DNA of 63,227 bases, filler included, from Chiloscyllium plagiosum (taxonomy: Eukaryota): the NCBI RefSeq assembly GCF_004010195.1. It is 4 parts of one record of this genome, joined end to end, with 100 filler letters (N's around TTAATTAATTAA, not from the genome) between each part and the next. Parts side by side here need not be neighbours in the genome. Positions count along the whole stretch, not along the records: positions 1 to 19,857 come from NC_057713.1; 3 more parts are not named here. The stretch is one strand, 5' to 3'. The notes under the pieces were generated by a model. That model saw nothing but the letters and a program-made list of their open reading frames with translations, had not been told where the DNA came from and did no database searches. Position numbers and translations under genes: made by a program. Shown here piece by piece: positions 1-13,050 of the stretch (the first letter of the stretch is position 1; every line of letters begins with the position of its first letter).

Positions 1-168
1 TCTACGCTACTTTCTCCCCACCCCCACCCTCCTCTCATTTATCTCTCCACCCTTCAGGCTCTCTGCCTATATTCGTGATGAAGGGCTTTTGCCCGAAACG
101 TCGATTTTCCTGCGCCTTGGATGCTGCCTGAACTGCTGTGCTTTTCCAGCACCACTCTACTCCAGAAT
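1..168 (+). mobile_element. PLE terminal-repeat (pLTR) fragment with a hammerhead motif mutated at C3
   Basis: Near-identical to 47630-47785; GTGATGA-A-GGGC-TTTT-GCCC-GAAACGTC at 75-102. Confidence 0.8.
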
Positions 169-544
169 TCAACTACAACAGGCACATAGCCCAAATACAT
201 TGTATGATATTTCTTCACCTGCAACTTTCCAAACCCATATATATTAAATTTTAACATTACTACCTCCAGGTTACACACCTCCACCTCCACATTCCCTCCA
301 GGAAACACATCCCTATATCTCCACAATATCAAAATCCTGGAACTCCAGAACTAACAGCAAGGCAGAAGTACATTCACCACACAATTTGCAGCAGTTCGAA
401 GAGGTGACTCACCTTTGCCCTCTCAAGGGTAATTAAGGAAAATGAAATGCCCATTTCCTGTGAACAAATTAAATAAAAATACAGGCAGCTCAAGGTGGCA
501 GCATACTGAAGGAAGCATGGGAGGATGCACTATATACAGGTCAG

Positions 545-770
545 GCTAATGCTCCAGGAACATGAGTTTGAATTCCACCATCACAGAAAGAGAAATCGAG
601 CTTCATACAAACATGAAATATAGAAACTAGCCTAATGGTCACTGGGCAAACATTGCTGATTTTTGGACAAACCCATCTGGTTCACTAATGTACTTTATAG
701 AAGGAAATCTGCTATCTTTACCTCATCTATGGTTGACACTTAACTGCTCTATGAAATGGCCACCAAGTCA
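545..770 (+). mobile_element. Old SINE-like repeat
   Basis: Degenerate B-box-like gagtttgaattcc then aaacccatctggttcactaatg; recognised by resemblance only. Confidence 0.4.
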
Positions 771-1329
771 CTCAATTATATCAAAATTTCTACAAAGGCA
801 AAAACAAGATATGAAACAGGGCAGACCACCCAACACCAGCCTACACAGTGGAAAGCATAACGTCAACCCTAACCATGACAATCCTACAATGCCCCCCCCT
901 TACTAACTTCTGGGGAGACATATGCAAAAATAGTTAACCCACAAAATAGTTAAACAACAACATGACATAGACAGTCCCAGGCACCACAATCACCATCCTT
1001 GGATATATCTTGTCCCACCAGCATGACAAACTCAATTGAGATGCTATACAGTTCAGTGGAAGCTACCTTAGAGACTTCTCATAAATTGACTTTGGATCCG
1101 ATGAAGTTCATTAAATCAGGTCAAACAGAGGCAATGAACCCTTCCGCTGATTACTATCTACTGTATCCAACACCTGATGAAACAGTGCTCTAAGTTCAAT
1201 AACAATTGAAAGAAGCATTGAGGACAGCAAGAGAGAATGTGCTCTGGGTTCTCACTGTTGTATATTTGTGTAAGTCTGATGGATTCTCACTTTAAGAGTT
1301 TAATCACATTGACATAATGATGTCATTAG

Positions 1330-1780
1330 TTTAAGACAAAAAAAACCTGCAGGTGCTGGAATCCAAAGTAGCCAAGTAGCAGGCTGGAAGAACATAGCAA
1401 GCCAGGCAGCAGATGGAGAAGTTGATGTTTCGGGTATGACCCTTCTTCAGAAATGGAGGTGGGGGTAGGGAGAGCTGCAGATACAGAGCAGGGGTTGGGG
1501 GAGGGTTTTGGTTAGGGAGAGGGGTGGAATGGTGAGGTAGTGATAGGTGAACATGGGTAATAGGTGCGATCTGGTCCATACCCACCACCTCTGTTCACCT
1601 GTCACTACCTCACCATTCCACCCCTCTCCCCATTCAAAACCCATCTCCCCCACTTTATCTACAGCTCAGCCTACTCCCACCTCCATTTCTGAAGAAGGGT
1701 TATACCCAAAATGTCAACTTTTCCACCTCCTGATGCTGCCTGGCTTGCTTTGTTCTTCCATCCTCCTGCTTGTCTACTTT
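1330..1780. mobile_element. Fold-back PLE-derived insertion with two inverted hammerhead motifs
   Basis: Inverted arms ~1370-1555 and ~1590-1780; perfect 16-bp TSD ATAATGATGTCATTAG at 1314-1329 and 1781-1796. Confidence 0.85.
1424..1450 (-). ncRNA. Minimal hammerhead ribozyme motif
   Basis: Minus strand reads CUGAAGA-A-GGGU-CAU-ACCC-GAAA-CAUC; partner copy at 1689-1715 has GAAA changed to AAAA. Confidence 0.7.
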
Positions 1781-2084
1781 ATAATGATGTCATTAGCTTA
1801 TTTGGGTGGGAAACAACTTTGTCAAACTTTGCTGCCTGTAGAGCGAACACTTCCATAATTAATCTCCTGCCATTAAACCCTTCATTTTCTGGTTCTTCTT
1901 GGAAATTAACACAAAAAGAAAACTGGCAACAAGGATAAAAATTACTTTGTCAAAGAGAAAGGTATCATCCTCACTGCAGATCTTTTGAGGCAAAAGATAA
2001 AAAAAAATCAAAAGATGCCAAATCACTGTACCAAAGCAGATACAGCCAGAAAAGAAAATAAAAGAATTCACCCAAAGAAAAAGG

Positions 2085-2330
2085 TAGAGAACAGACAATT
2101 CTGAGTTTGTTGATGTGTAATGAGGCAGGTTTGTTTAGGAAACTTAGGGTGAAGGAAGCCCAAGGGGGCAGCGACCACAATATGATAGAATTGACCCTCC
2201 AGTTCGAGAGGGAGAAGATGGAATCAGATGTGACAGTATTACATTGGTAATGGTAACAATAAAGATATGAGGGAGGAGCTGGCCAGAGTTAATTGGAAGG
2301 GAGCCAAATAGGAAGATGTGGGACACTTTG
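2085..2330 (+). mobile_element. CR1 LINE ORF2 fragment (end of endonuclease region)
   Basis: Resembles the reverse complement of the CR1 at 36180-36368 (SDHNMIE-like motif). Confidence 0.65.
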
Positions 2331-3091
2331 CTGAAAAGGCAAAGAGCTGGAACTCCTACATAGAGATTCCATTATTTTGATCAAGCTAATAAACTTTGAA
2401 GCAGATATAGTTAACCCTGCATTTTACGGGATAGATCACTTAACCTCTTGATGAGTCTGGGACAGAGAGAAGCCAGGTTTCAAAGATTTAACAGTAGGAA
2501 CCCTATTTTTTAACAATACCATTGGTACCAAAGGTTCAGTTTCCACAAATGCAACCAGCATGACGGTGAATCTATTTCCCAGTTTGTAGTAATTTTAAAG
2601 AAGTTACCAGAATTCTGCAAACTCAGAGCCAGCGTGAGTGATGCTATCAGAGACAGAGACAGAGACAGACTGGTGTATGATGTGGAAGTTTGCTGAAATT
2701 GAGAAAAGATTACTGACAGAAAGGATCCTTGATGCAAAGAAAGCACTGGATACAGCAACCTCTTTGGAAATAGCAACCAAGGAACTGCTATTATCAAGCA
2801 TGAGCGTTCACAAAATGGAGGCTGAGAGTCAAGCACCAACTTAGACTCAAAACTATCATTGCTGTGGAAAAAACAAGTCATACACAGCCTTGCGCATATA
2901 AAGAAGCAGTATGCAGAATTTGTACTAAGAAAGGATACACTGAACAGGCATGTTTAAGAAAGAAATATGAACTACAGCAAAAACACAGAAGCAGAAGAGA
3001 TAGAAAATCTACACAGCACAAAAATTGCATAAGAAAAGCCCAATCTGACAGTACGAAGAGGAGCTATCATTAAACATACTGCTCAGCATCA

Positions 3092-3420
3092 TGATTTCAC
3101 CAGTTTTCTCATGTCCCCTCACCCTACCTCATCCCAGATCCAACCTTCCATCTCGGCACCGCCTTCTTGAACTGACCTATCTGTCCATCTTCCTTCCCAC
3201 TTATCTGCTCCACCCTCCCCTCCCACCTGTATCTACCTATCACCTTCCCAGCTACCTTCTCCCAGCTCTAACCCCAACCCCACCCTCCTATTTATCTCTC
3301 AGCCCCCTCCTCCCACCGCCTTCCTGACACATTCCTGATGAAGAGTTTATGCCAGAATCTTCGATTCTCCTGCTCCTCAGATGCTGCCTGAGCTGCTGTG
3401 CTTTTCCAGCATCACATTTT
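3092..3420 (+). mobile_element. PLE 3' region/pLTR inserted in the Gypsy element, hammerhead degenerate
   Basis: Pyrimidine-rich tract then attcctgatgaagag and ctgctcctcagatgctgcctga, shared with other pLTR copies. Confidence 0.75.
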
Positions 3421-3649
3421 TCAATACCGCCCATTGTTGACAACATCAACCAATACTGGGTCACTTCCTTACTGAATGGCAAACAGGTAAGAAGGGAATT
3501 GGACACTGGAGTGATAGCTTCAGAGAAGTTTGAAAGATTGCATCAGAAGCAGATGATTCACATTGTGCTGAAACCCTCAAAGATTGTACTAAGTAGGTAC
3601 ACAGGTGCCTTTAAGGGGTTGTAACAATATGAATGTGAATGAATATTTA

Positions 3650-3750
3650 TACAATGGTTGCATCCCTAACTCTGAGTCAGGAGGCCTGAGTTCAAGTCCC
3701 ACCTGCTCAGAGATGTGTAATAATATCTCTGAACAAGTCGATTTAGAAAA
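3650..3750 (+). mobile_element. Short tRNA-derived SINE-like copy
   Basis: B-box-like gagttcaagtcc; related copies at ~12010-12120 and ~17270-17370. Confidence 0.55.
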
Positions 3751-5577
3751 CAGCAGAAAATTTGTCCTTACACAATGTCAAAAGAAATTTTCCAGTATTG
3801 TTGGGAAGAATGTAGTTGGAGAAAAATCAATCTCAACTGGACTAAAATATATCGCTTGTCAGATTCTGAGACTAATCTATCACAAATTCTAAAGAAACAT
3901 GCCATTATTTTCAATAGAGATCTGGGAAGCATGGAATGGATTTCTGCTAAAGACTGAGATGAGAATCAAGCAAAACATTGGAAGGCTAGGTAAGTATCTA
4001 ATGCAATCAGACAATGGTTAAGGCAGAATGAGAGAGGTTGGTCATGTACTTTGTGCTGTCCATGTAGCACCTTGGTCCTGGAGGAACGCTGTCTCGTTTT
4101 TACTGTTTCAGTTGTAAATGGTAGAAATGACAAATAAAGTAACTCTTGACTCTTGGTCAAGGCAAGAATTCTTGGACCTTATGTGGTGATTTTAAGATCA
4201 CCATTAATCCAGTACCGTGTGCTGAGCAGAATCCTTTGCTTTTAATTGACAAACTATTTGCTGGACCAGAAGGAGGTCAGCTTTTCAGTAAAATTGACCT
4301 TAGTCAAGCTTATCCCCAAATGAATATAGATCCTGCATCACTGAAATACTTGGCAAGAATAACAAACAGAAAAGGTCTATTCAAACAGAAGAGACTTCCA
4401 TCTAGAATCACATCTGCACCTGGGTTATTCTAACAGACTGTGGATCAGATTTTAAGTGTCTGGAAGGAGTCCAATGTTACCTCAACAATATATTAGTCAT
4501 AGGGAGAAACAAAATACAGCGTCTGCACAATTTAGATGCTACTTTCCGGCAATTTAAAGATAACACTCTAAGGAGTGAGTAAGACAAATGTAATTTTTTA
4601 AAACATCTTTCACTAATTGTTTTAAAGCATGTCATTGATGCTAAGTCATATTCAGAAGGAAAAGCTCTAAGTAAGGGACCAGGACCTAAAAATGTAAACC
4701 AAGTATGACCATTTTTGGGATTATTAAACTACCATGGTAACTATGTCCCAACTTTTGCAACCATTCTCAATGTGTGGCACAATTTACTTTGCCAAAACAA
4801 GAATTAGAAGTGAGAAGATCAACATGAAAGAGCTTTTGCACAAGCCAACGAGGCTTGATTAAAGTAGAGGTCCTGACCCATTTTGTCTGAAAGTCACCAT
4901 TGCGACAAGCATGCTCATACAGAGAATGAGGATCACCATTTGACCTCAGCTACAGAAACATCCCATTCCCAGATTCAAGGAGATCGCCAAAAGCTACTTT
5001 TGGTAGCCAGGGCTGATTCCAACATTGAGATGGTGGGAATAGGTGCACAAGAATGACCCATTCTATTTCATATATTCTCTTCTATTTTACTTCCATTAGT
5101 GTCACTGCACCCATGGGAATGACCAGAAAGGCCATCAGAATGACCAGAAATGCCATGGCAAAGAATCCATATTGACTACACTGGATGTTTTGGAGTGTGA
5201 ATGTTTTTCTTACTGGTTGATAGACAGACTAAATGACCTGACATTGCTATCATGAAGACGACATCTTCAGGGAAAACCAATGAAAGACTGGGGGGGAGCT
5301 TTGCAGGATTTGGTTATCCAGAACAACTTGATAATGGTCCACAATTTATATCGCAAGAGTTTACAGATTATCTCAAGCAGAAAACAATTCAACATAACCG
5401 ATCAGCTCCTTTTCACACAGCTACAAATGGTTTGGCAGAAAGGTTTGTTCAGACAATGAAATATTTCTTAAAGGTAACTCATGAAAAAAGATCACTTTGC
5501 TGAGCCAATTTTTAACATAATGTAACACAAACTTCTTGAAGACTCAACGGGTCTTCAGCTTTGCTCATGGTAAAGCA

Positions 5578-6435
5578 GGAGAAAATGAGGACTGCAAATG
5601 TCGGAGATCAGAGTCGAAAAGTGTGGCGCTGGAAAAAACACAGCAGGTCAGGCTGCACCCAAGGAACAGGCGAAATGACGTTCTGGGCTTAAACTCTTCA
5701 TCAGGAATGTCGGGGCAGGGGAGCTGAGAGATAAATAGGAAGGTTGGGATAGGGCTGTGGGGAAGGTAGCTGGGAAGGCAACAGGTAGATGGAAATGGGG
5801 GATGATGGTGATAGGTCGGAAGGGGGTGTGAAGGAGATAGGTGGGAAGGAAGATGGACAAGCAGGACAGTTCAAGACGGCAGTGCCAAGATGGAGGGTTG
5901 GATCTGGGATGAGGTGGGGGAGGGGAGATGTGAAATCGACATTGATGCCATGTGCTTGCGTGGTACCAAGGTAGAAGATGAGGTGTTTTTCCTCCAGGTG
6001 TCAGGTGGCTTAGATTTAGCAGCGGAGGATGCCCAGGACTTGTATGTCCTTGCATGCCCATCAGCCATGATTGAATAGCAGAGTGGAGTTGATGGGCCGA
6101 ATGGCCTTAGTTCCACTCCTATATCTTACGCCTAATGGTCTTATGGACAGAGTGGGAGGGGGAATTGAAGTGGTCAACCACAGGGCAGTGGGGCTGTTTG
6201 GTGTGTGTGTCCCAGAGATGTTCCCTGAAATGCTCTACAACTTGGCGTCCTGTCTCCTCAATGTACAGGAGACAACATCGAGAGCAATGGATGCAGTAGA
6301 TGAGGTGTTTGGATGTGCAGGAAAATCTCTGCGGATGTGGAAGGATCCTTTGGGGCCTTGGACAGAAGTGTGGGGTGAATTATGGGCACAGGTTTTACAT
6401 CTCTTGTGGTGTATGGTAAAGCATCAGATGCACAC
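5578..6435 (-). mobile_element. PLE 3' half (GIY-YIG endonuclease remnant plus pLTR), with a LINE 3' tail inserted at ~6059-6145
   Basis: Minus strand encodes TCTSKHLIYCIHCSRCCLLYIEETGRQ; pLTR with degenerate hammerhead at ~5675-5705. Confidence 0.8.
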
Positions 6436-6640
6436 AGTCCTAGGAAAAAAAATCCAAAATTTTCCAACCTGTCCTTATAGCTAATACATTCCAATCCAGA
6501 CAACATCCTGGTAAACCTCTTCTGCACCCTCTCCAAGACCTCCACATTGTTCCTTTTGTGTGGGAAGCAGAGCACAATACTCCAAAAGTAGCCCAACTGA
6601 AGTGTTATATTGCTGCATAATAAAGCTCCTGTTGCTAAAT
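6436..6640 (-). mobile_element. CR1 LINE 3' ORF2 fragment
   Basis: LERVQKRFTRMLSGLECISYKDRL. Confidence 0.8.
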
Positions 6641-6659
6641 CCTTAGGTCTCTTCATCCT

Positions 6660-8460
6660 TCTTGGAACTTAACACTCACCAAGAATGGCTCAATAGCACC
6701 ATTACTGATCAAGCTGGCTGAGTCTAAAAGGATACAGTGGCTAAGCTGGGTCTATGAAAGTCGGTGAGGAAAATAAAAGAAAAATATAACCATCTTCACC
6801 AATCTACCTGTTGTAGATACATCAGGCTATGACAATATGATTCGGACAGAACACCACATAGCCCTTTTGGAAATGAAGGCCTATCTTCACATTGAGGATA
6901 CACTGAGGATCACAAACTCAATAACAAGTGCAGAGACCATGTCTGGACCATACCAAGCATAACTAAAAATTGAGGTGTACATCTGGTGAAGGCTGTCTAG
7001 ATTGTGGTGCTGGAAAAGCACAGCAGGTCCGGCAGCATCCAAGCAGGAGGAGAATTGATGTTTTGGGCATAAGCCCTTCAGGATTCCTGATCTATTCTCC
7101 TGTTCCTCGAATGCTGCTGGACCTACTGTGTTTTTCCAGCACCACATTCTCAACGCTGATCTCCAACATCTGCAGTCCTCACTTTCTCCTTTTTATTTGG
7201 TGAAGGTTCAATATAATTGAATGCCAAACCACAGTAGCAGCAAACAATGGACAGGGCTAAATGATCTCACAACTGATGAATCAGACCAATGCACTGCTCT
7301 GTAGTTTTCCAGCAACACATTTTCAGCTCTGATCTCCAGCACTTTCTCCTCCAAACACATCCAGTCATGAATAGCCATGGACAATTAAATATCTAACAAG
7401 AGGTGGACACTCCACTGATGGAGATGTACTCTCCATCCCCAACATGTGCAAAATACAAGGCTAATGCATTTGCAGCCATGTTCACCCAGAAGTGCCAAGT
7501 GAATAATTTATCTCAGCCTCCTCCTGAGGCACCCACGCAAACGTTACAGATGCCAGTCTTCAATCAATTCAATCCACTTCACATGACATCAACAAGTGGC
7601 TGACGGCACTGAGTATCACACATGGTATGCGGCCTGATGACGTTTTGACAGTAGTAATGAAGATCTATGCTCCAGAATTAATCACACTCACAACCAATCT
7701 GTTCCAGTACAGCTCCAATACTACCATCTGCCTGGTTATGTGGAGAATTTCCCAGGTATATCCTATGCACAAAAAGTGTGATAAATCAAACACACCTAAA
7801 TATCACCCTGTTTGTTTTGAATTATCAACAATGCTATCAGACGACATTTGATCAGCATTAATTTATCCACTGACGTTTAGTTTTGATTTTGTCATGACCA
7901 CTCAGCTCCTGACCTCATTACAGTGTTGGTTCAAACACGGACAATAAAAAGAGCTGCACTCCAGAGGTACGTGCCCTTGGTATCAAGAAGGTGTTTGATC
8001 AGATATGACATCAAGGAGATCCAGCAAAACTGGAGTGAATGGAAAACAAGGGCAAAAATCTCCATTGGCTGGGGTGACTAGTTGCTCAAAGGAAGATGAC
8101 TGTGGTTGTTGGTAGTCAACCAATCATCTGAGTCTTAGAACATCACTGGGAAAAATTATTCAGGTTACTGCACTATGTACAACCATCTTCACCTGCTTTA
8201 TCAATAACCATCCCTCCTTCCCAACATCACAAGTGTAAATATTCGCTGATGATTCAACAATATTCAAAGCATCTAAAGCAGCTCACGTTCATTTGCAGCA
8301 ACATTCAGGTTGAGAAGTGACAAGCATCATTCATGCCATACATGGACTAGGAAATAACCATTTCAAATAAGAGAGAATCTCACTAATCACCCCTTGGATA
8401 TTCAATGCCATTGACATTACCAACACTATCAACACCCTGGGGGCTATCACTGACCACTGT
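6660..8460 (+). mobile_element. Old CR1-group (L2/Crack-like) LINE ORF2 remnant
   Basis: RT-like PDD..APEL..LFQYS..WRISQVYPMHKK.DKSN..YHP (7627-7851) and FADD near 8244; clade assignment uncertain. Confidence 0.7.
6993..7194. mobile_element. Fold-back PLE-derived insertion
   Basis: Inverted arms around caggattcctg (~7079-7089); TSD ATCTGGTGAAGG 6981-6992 vs ATTTGGTGAAGG 7195-7206. Confidence 0.75.
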
Positions 8461-10914
8461 GCAGCACCTGCCATAATCTAGTTCTGAAATATAATCAACC
8501 ATTGTACAAGCAGACTAAGTCTCTTCTGTAAATACTTTAAGAATACTCAATTGAACAACATGGGAGTGAAAACCAACAATGTTTCTAAGATTTAACAAAT
8601 GTTCTGAAAGTGTGAAATGCAAGATATATCCATCGCTAATTGGAAAATACTTTTCAATCTTTTTTTTCAATTTATGATTTGTTTATTTGTACTGTTAGTT
8701 TCTGGTAAGAGGATTGAAATCAATTGTTATGTATGAAGATTAAGTTTTGCCAGAGGTAAAATAGTCATTTTGGTGGATCGAATCATTTCTTTTAGTTAGT
8801 CAAGAGGTTTTTTTTTTGTGTTTTATGCACAAGTTACAAGCACCCTATACTAATTTCAGCTGCAATGCTGAATTCTGGGATTTAAAAATGCCCATGTTAA
8901 ATGTTTAACTCAATGTTCAGCACATTTCTTCATTATTCACGTATACAAAGCTGAAATGCACTGAAGAAGTTTGAACTTGTTAATATCGTAAGAATTGTGT
9001 AACATACAGTCAAATGAAACTAATCTCATTTTTAAAAAATGTTTTTGCGGGATTTCTATCATCTGTGATCTGCCTAGAATTAAAACTATATTTTTCTATA
9101 CAACATTTTGAATTGTTTGCCAACTTTCAAGTGATCAGATAATTGTTGTACAGGATAAGCATTTCACTATAACTTAAATAGCTGATGAAAAAGACTCTGT
9201 AGGCACTAGTCTAAAATGACCTTCTGTTCTTTCTATAGGTTAAACTTGTCACATACAGTCAAACAAGACAAGACAACAATACATCTTACGAAACAGAGGA
9301 CACCATCCTTCACTGACTTCCTGCAGAGACAGAAGCTGGTGTCCCTATCCATCATCCGTTCTTCCTGACCCCTGCTTCCCAGTGAATCCAGGATCAGCAA
9401 AAATGTCACAATGGGAGCTAGATTGCTTTATTGAGAGAATGGCCCTATTCTATAGCACTACAATCAACTTAGAAACACCAGATCCCATGTAGAAGGATTC
9501 TCTTTAAGCTGTGCAAAACACTAGCACTGTGTGCTCATAATAAATCTTCCTTTTTTGGTGGACTATCACTGCAGTTCTAAATTAATCCACATGGAAGCTA
9601 CTCTCTTGAAGTTCAATTTAATTTGTATTTCCTTCAAACTTTTCTCATTGCAGACAGCAACTGTGACACACAAACGTATACGTGGAGAGAGACTATCCTC
9701 AGCTTTTCATTTTCCATTGCTGGGCAAAGTCACTTGATCTCCTACCCCAGCAAGCTTATCTGCAGTGTTAGACCTTGATGATTCAGTCCCTCTACTTCCC
9801 TGAAAAATATTTGCTCAATTTCTTATCACTAAATAATGTCAGCAAGCAGATTCTTCTCCAGCAACTGGAGTTTAATGGATCAAATTAAATATAAAAGGCA
9901 GATTAAAACTGTGCAACCAGCAGGGTTTTCTACATAAAATCAGGATTAGAGTAAAACCTTAAACAGCATAATAGTGTAGTGCCACTGGTGTACAGAATGC
10001 AGATACAGATTTTCTCCCACAAATGCTTTATGTGACAGATTCCCAACAGAGCAAGTTTGAGGAAAAGGAGCACCTCATGACAACAGATTATATTACCATG
10101 TTTCCCTCTGAAAAAGTGTCTAAAACATAAAGGAGGCAAAACAGTAGTTGTTCAGAGAGTTCAAATTCACCAGTAAACTAAGGAATATAGTCATGTTTTT
10201 TACATGTCTCTGTTGCTTTAATACTGTTGATTCACATATCTCTAATGCTTCTTACTTTCTCCTCCTCTCTCCTACTTATTTTTTTCTCTCTCAGCCATGT
10301 GAACTTCTCTCTGCTTCCTTTTCATTTGGGTGGAAGGTAGTAGGTGATACAGCATTCCGTAGCAGGGAAAAGGAGGCTGTAGTCTGCATTTTAGATGAGG
10401 GCTGTGACAAAACAGTCCTTTGCTGATTTTTACTTCCCCAAGCCCTTGAGTGTTCCCGACCTTCTTCTTGGTTATATCCCCTGCCCTTCCATCCTATCTA
10501 TTTCCAGACAGTCTCTTGCTTTTGTTATTAGCTCCATCAGTTTTTGAACCATCCTGTATCCTCTCAGCCACTTTACTCCACTGTTAATCATCACAGTTGT
10601 AACTTTCCATGCACTCTTCCTACAAGCTTTCCAAGAGCCCCTTCCTCTTCAAACAGCTCTCATCCTCTATTCCATCTGCATCTGTAAAAGAGGTAACTTA
10701 CAGAAGGTGCTTTTGTTGAAAAATCAAAGTTTGAAAGAAAGTAAGTTGTCGATCTTATTCTTTATCTCCCCCTCAAATTCACAAAAGTATACAATTAGTA
10801 TTTTTGTTTTTTTTAACTCTCTTGTGAAGCGTCTTTGGGCAATTTACTCAATTAAAGATGCTATAAATGTATGTGTTGCTCTTATTGACATTGTCTGGTT
10901 TGTTGACCAATCAA

Positions 10915-11158
10915 GCAAAATACTGAAGATGCCGGGAATCTGAAATGAAAATAGAAATTGCAAGAAAAATTCAGCATGTCAGGCACCATCAATGGAGAGA
11001 GAAACACGAGAGTTAATGATTCAAGTCTGATATGAGTTCTTCAGTTCTTTAAGAGGAGTCTTTTAAGAGGAGTCACATCAGATACAAAAATATTAATAAT
11101 TTCTCTCTCCACAGATGCTACCTGATCTGTCGAGTTTCTCCAGCACTTTGTTTTATTA
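10915..11158. mobile_element. Old fold-back PLE-derived insertion
   Basis: Inverted arms (tggagagagaaa vs tttctctctcca) around degenerate hammerhead remnants; no clear TSD. Confidence 0.55.
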
Positions 11159-11689
11159 CTGAAGTTAATCAGTTGACTTCAAAATTTAACTGAAGCAACG
11201 TTAAATGTAAAAAGATACTCTTTCTCACTCATCTCCTTTTATCACTCTCATCCTCAATCCCTCTGACTTGTCTTTCAATTTTTCCTCTCCATTTACTTTA
11301 TTCACTTTAAGTTATAAAACAGGAAACAAACTCAGGATATCAGTTGTGCAGTAAAAACATTTAAAATTTCTCATTGTTTTAAAAGTATCATACAGAATAG
11401 GGTATAAATCTTGATAAAGATTTTGATTCATTCACTTCTCAAAATTGAACAACTAAGCAAAAAGCACTATCATGTAAAATGATTATTCTAGATAGTGCCA
11501 TTGAGTAATAACATGTTGGAAATACTCTGGACATGCTAATATTGCATGTTCTAAACTTAGATCAAACCTCTTGGCAAATGATACTTTGCTACTAACTCTA
11601 GCCCTTAAGGGGATGCTGACATTTGCAAGAGAAAACTTCAGTGATGGTACGGAAAAATGTGAAAGGCAATTTTGCTGAGAAAGTTACAC

Positions 11690-13050
11690 ACATAGAAATT
11701 AGAAGCAAGCAGAAGTAAGCCTCTTTTCCCCTTGAGCCTGCTCTGCCATTCAATAAAGAACAGGGCTGATCTGCATACTCCACAGCCCCACCAGCCCGAC
11801 CTCCTTGCTCATCCAACATTAAAAATATTCAAGGATTCTGCTTCCATCACTTTTTGAGCAAGAGGAAGTGCCAAAGATCCACAATCCTGGTCATAAACAC
11901 CTTACTTTTAAACAGTGACCCCTGTCAGTGACAGAAATGCAGGACCCACCCACAATGACCAACTAGAACAGCTCCGTAGACAATTAAAAAGGTGGACTTT
12001 TCTTAGAGCTCCTATGGTACATTGGTAGTGTCCCCACCTCTGAACTGGAAAGTGAGAGTTCAAATCCTACCTGCCACAGACATATATCAATACATATCTC
12101 AACAGGCTGATTAAAAAGCCATTCAGGTTCTTCCCCAGAGAAGTGGGGCGGTGGTTGCCTGCTGGAGGTGAAAAGAGATCCAGAAGGAAAAGATAGAAAC
12201 TGTTACTACAATTGCAGTATAGTTTCCCAGGTGCACCTGAAGCCTGGAAGGTAAAAATATAGCTTGGGTTCAAACTTCCTCAAAGCTGCATGTGTGCGTC
12301 TGCACACTGTAATTCATGTTGGCACACCGATCACAGCATTAACGTTCTGGAAGTCACTGCCATGCACAGATCTCAGATGCCCAGTCAATCAGAAAGAAAA
12401 TTATAGGGAAAACTGACTGGGTTCTTCCATGAAGCTTTTCAGGAAAGATGGGCACCGCAGGGATTGGGCTGTGCTGTTTTCCCTTCTAATGACATCTTAA
12501 TATAGTTTCCTTTAGTTTTCTCCCCTTTGGATAACCTTACGAAGTGCCAATGTGTAGGTTTTTTTTCCAAGAAGAAAAACACAAGAACTAAGCTCTTCCC
12601 TAGTTGGGATTGGCCTCTCAGCAACGTATAGGTCCAGAAGGCAGCTGGTGTTTGTGCGGGATAATGAAACCCGAGTGAATCTCTTAAGTCTTCAGCCTAT
12701 GAATATCGGTTTATTAAACAATCTCTCTAGGTCGAGATTTTGCACAACAGGAAACATCCTTTCTACATGCACTTTGTCATGATCCCTCAGGATATTATGC
12801 TGCAAACAAGTGACCTCATCTGAACTTCAGGTGAAGTAATCTAGTCCATTCAATCCTTTCACTTAAATCAATCCACCTTTCGAGGCATTAATCTGATAAA
12901 CATTCTCTGAATTGTTTATAATGTATTTATATTCTCCCTTGAAGAGACCGATACTGTATGAAGTATTCCAGATAAAGGCTTGTAAAACTAAAGCACAACC
13001 TCCCTACCTTTGTGTTCAATTCCCCTTGTAATAAACAATTAAATTTATTA
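11690..13050 (-). mobile_element. Decayed CR1 3' fragments (~11690-11920 and ~12720-13050) with intervening SINE and unique sequence
   Basis: Reverse complement resembles CR1 3' ends elsewhere in the window. Confidence 0.5.

Larger units (their letters stand above)
2330..5560 (+). mobile_element. Degenerate Ty3/Gypsy LTR retrotransposon internal region (gag-PR-RT-RH-IN), interrupted by younger insertions
   Basis: Gag LLTE..KALDTATSLE and Cys knuckle remnants (2640-2960); protease LNGK..ELDTG (~3470-3510); RT LCGDFKITIN..FSKIDLSQAY (4146-4433); integrase PWQRIHIDY and DNGPQF..NGLAERFVQTMK (5150-5503); many stops and frameshifts; no LTRs seen. Confidence 0.9.

Noticed and set aside
5117..5156. 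Short tandem duplication in the Gypsy integrase region
   Set aside because: Ordinary post-insertion slippage in a dead element
6258..6656. Apparent CR1-PLE fusion ORF
   Set aside because: Chance read-through across two adjacent decayed elements; the PLE part is not in its coding frame
9290..9320. Possible 31-nt minus-strand exon
   Set aside because: Splice-like signals only; joining it to the upstream candidates gives an immediate stop and no recognisable peptide
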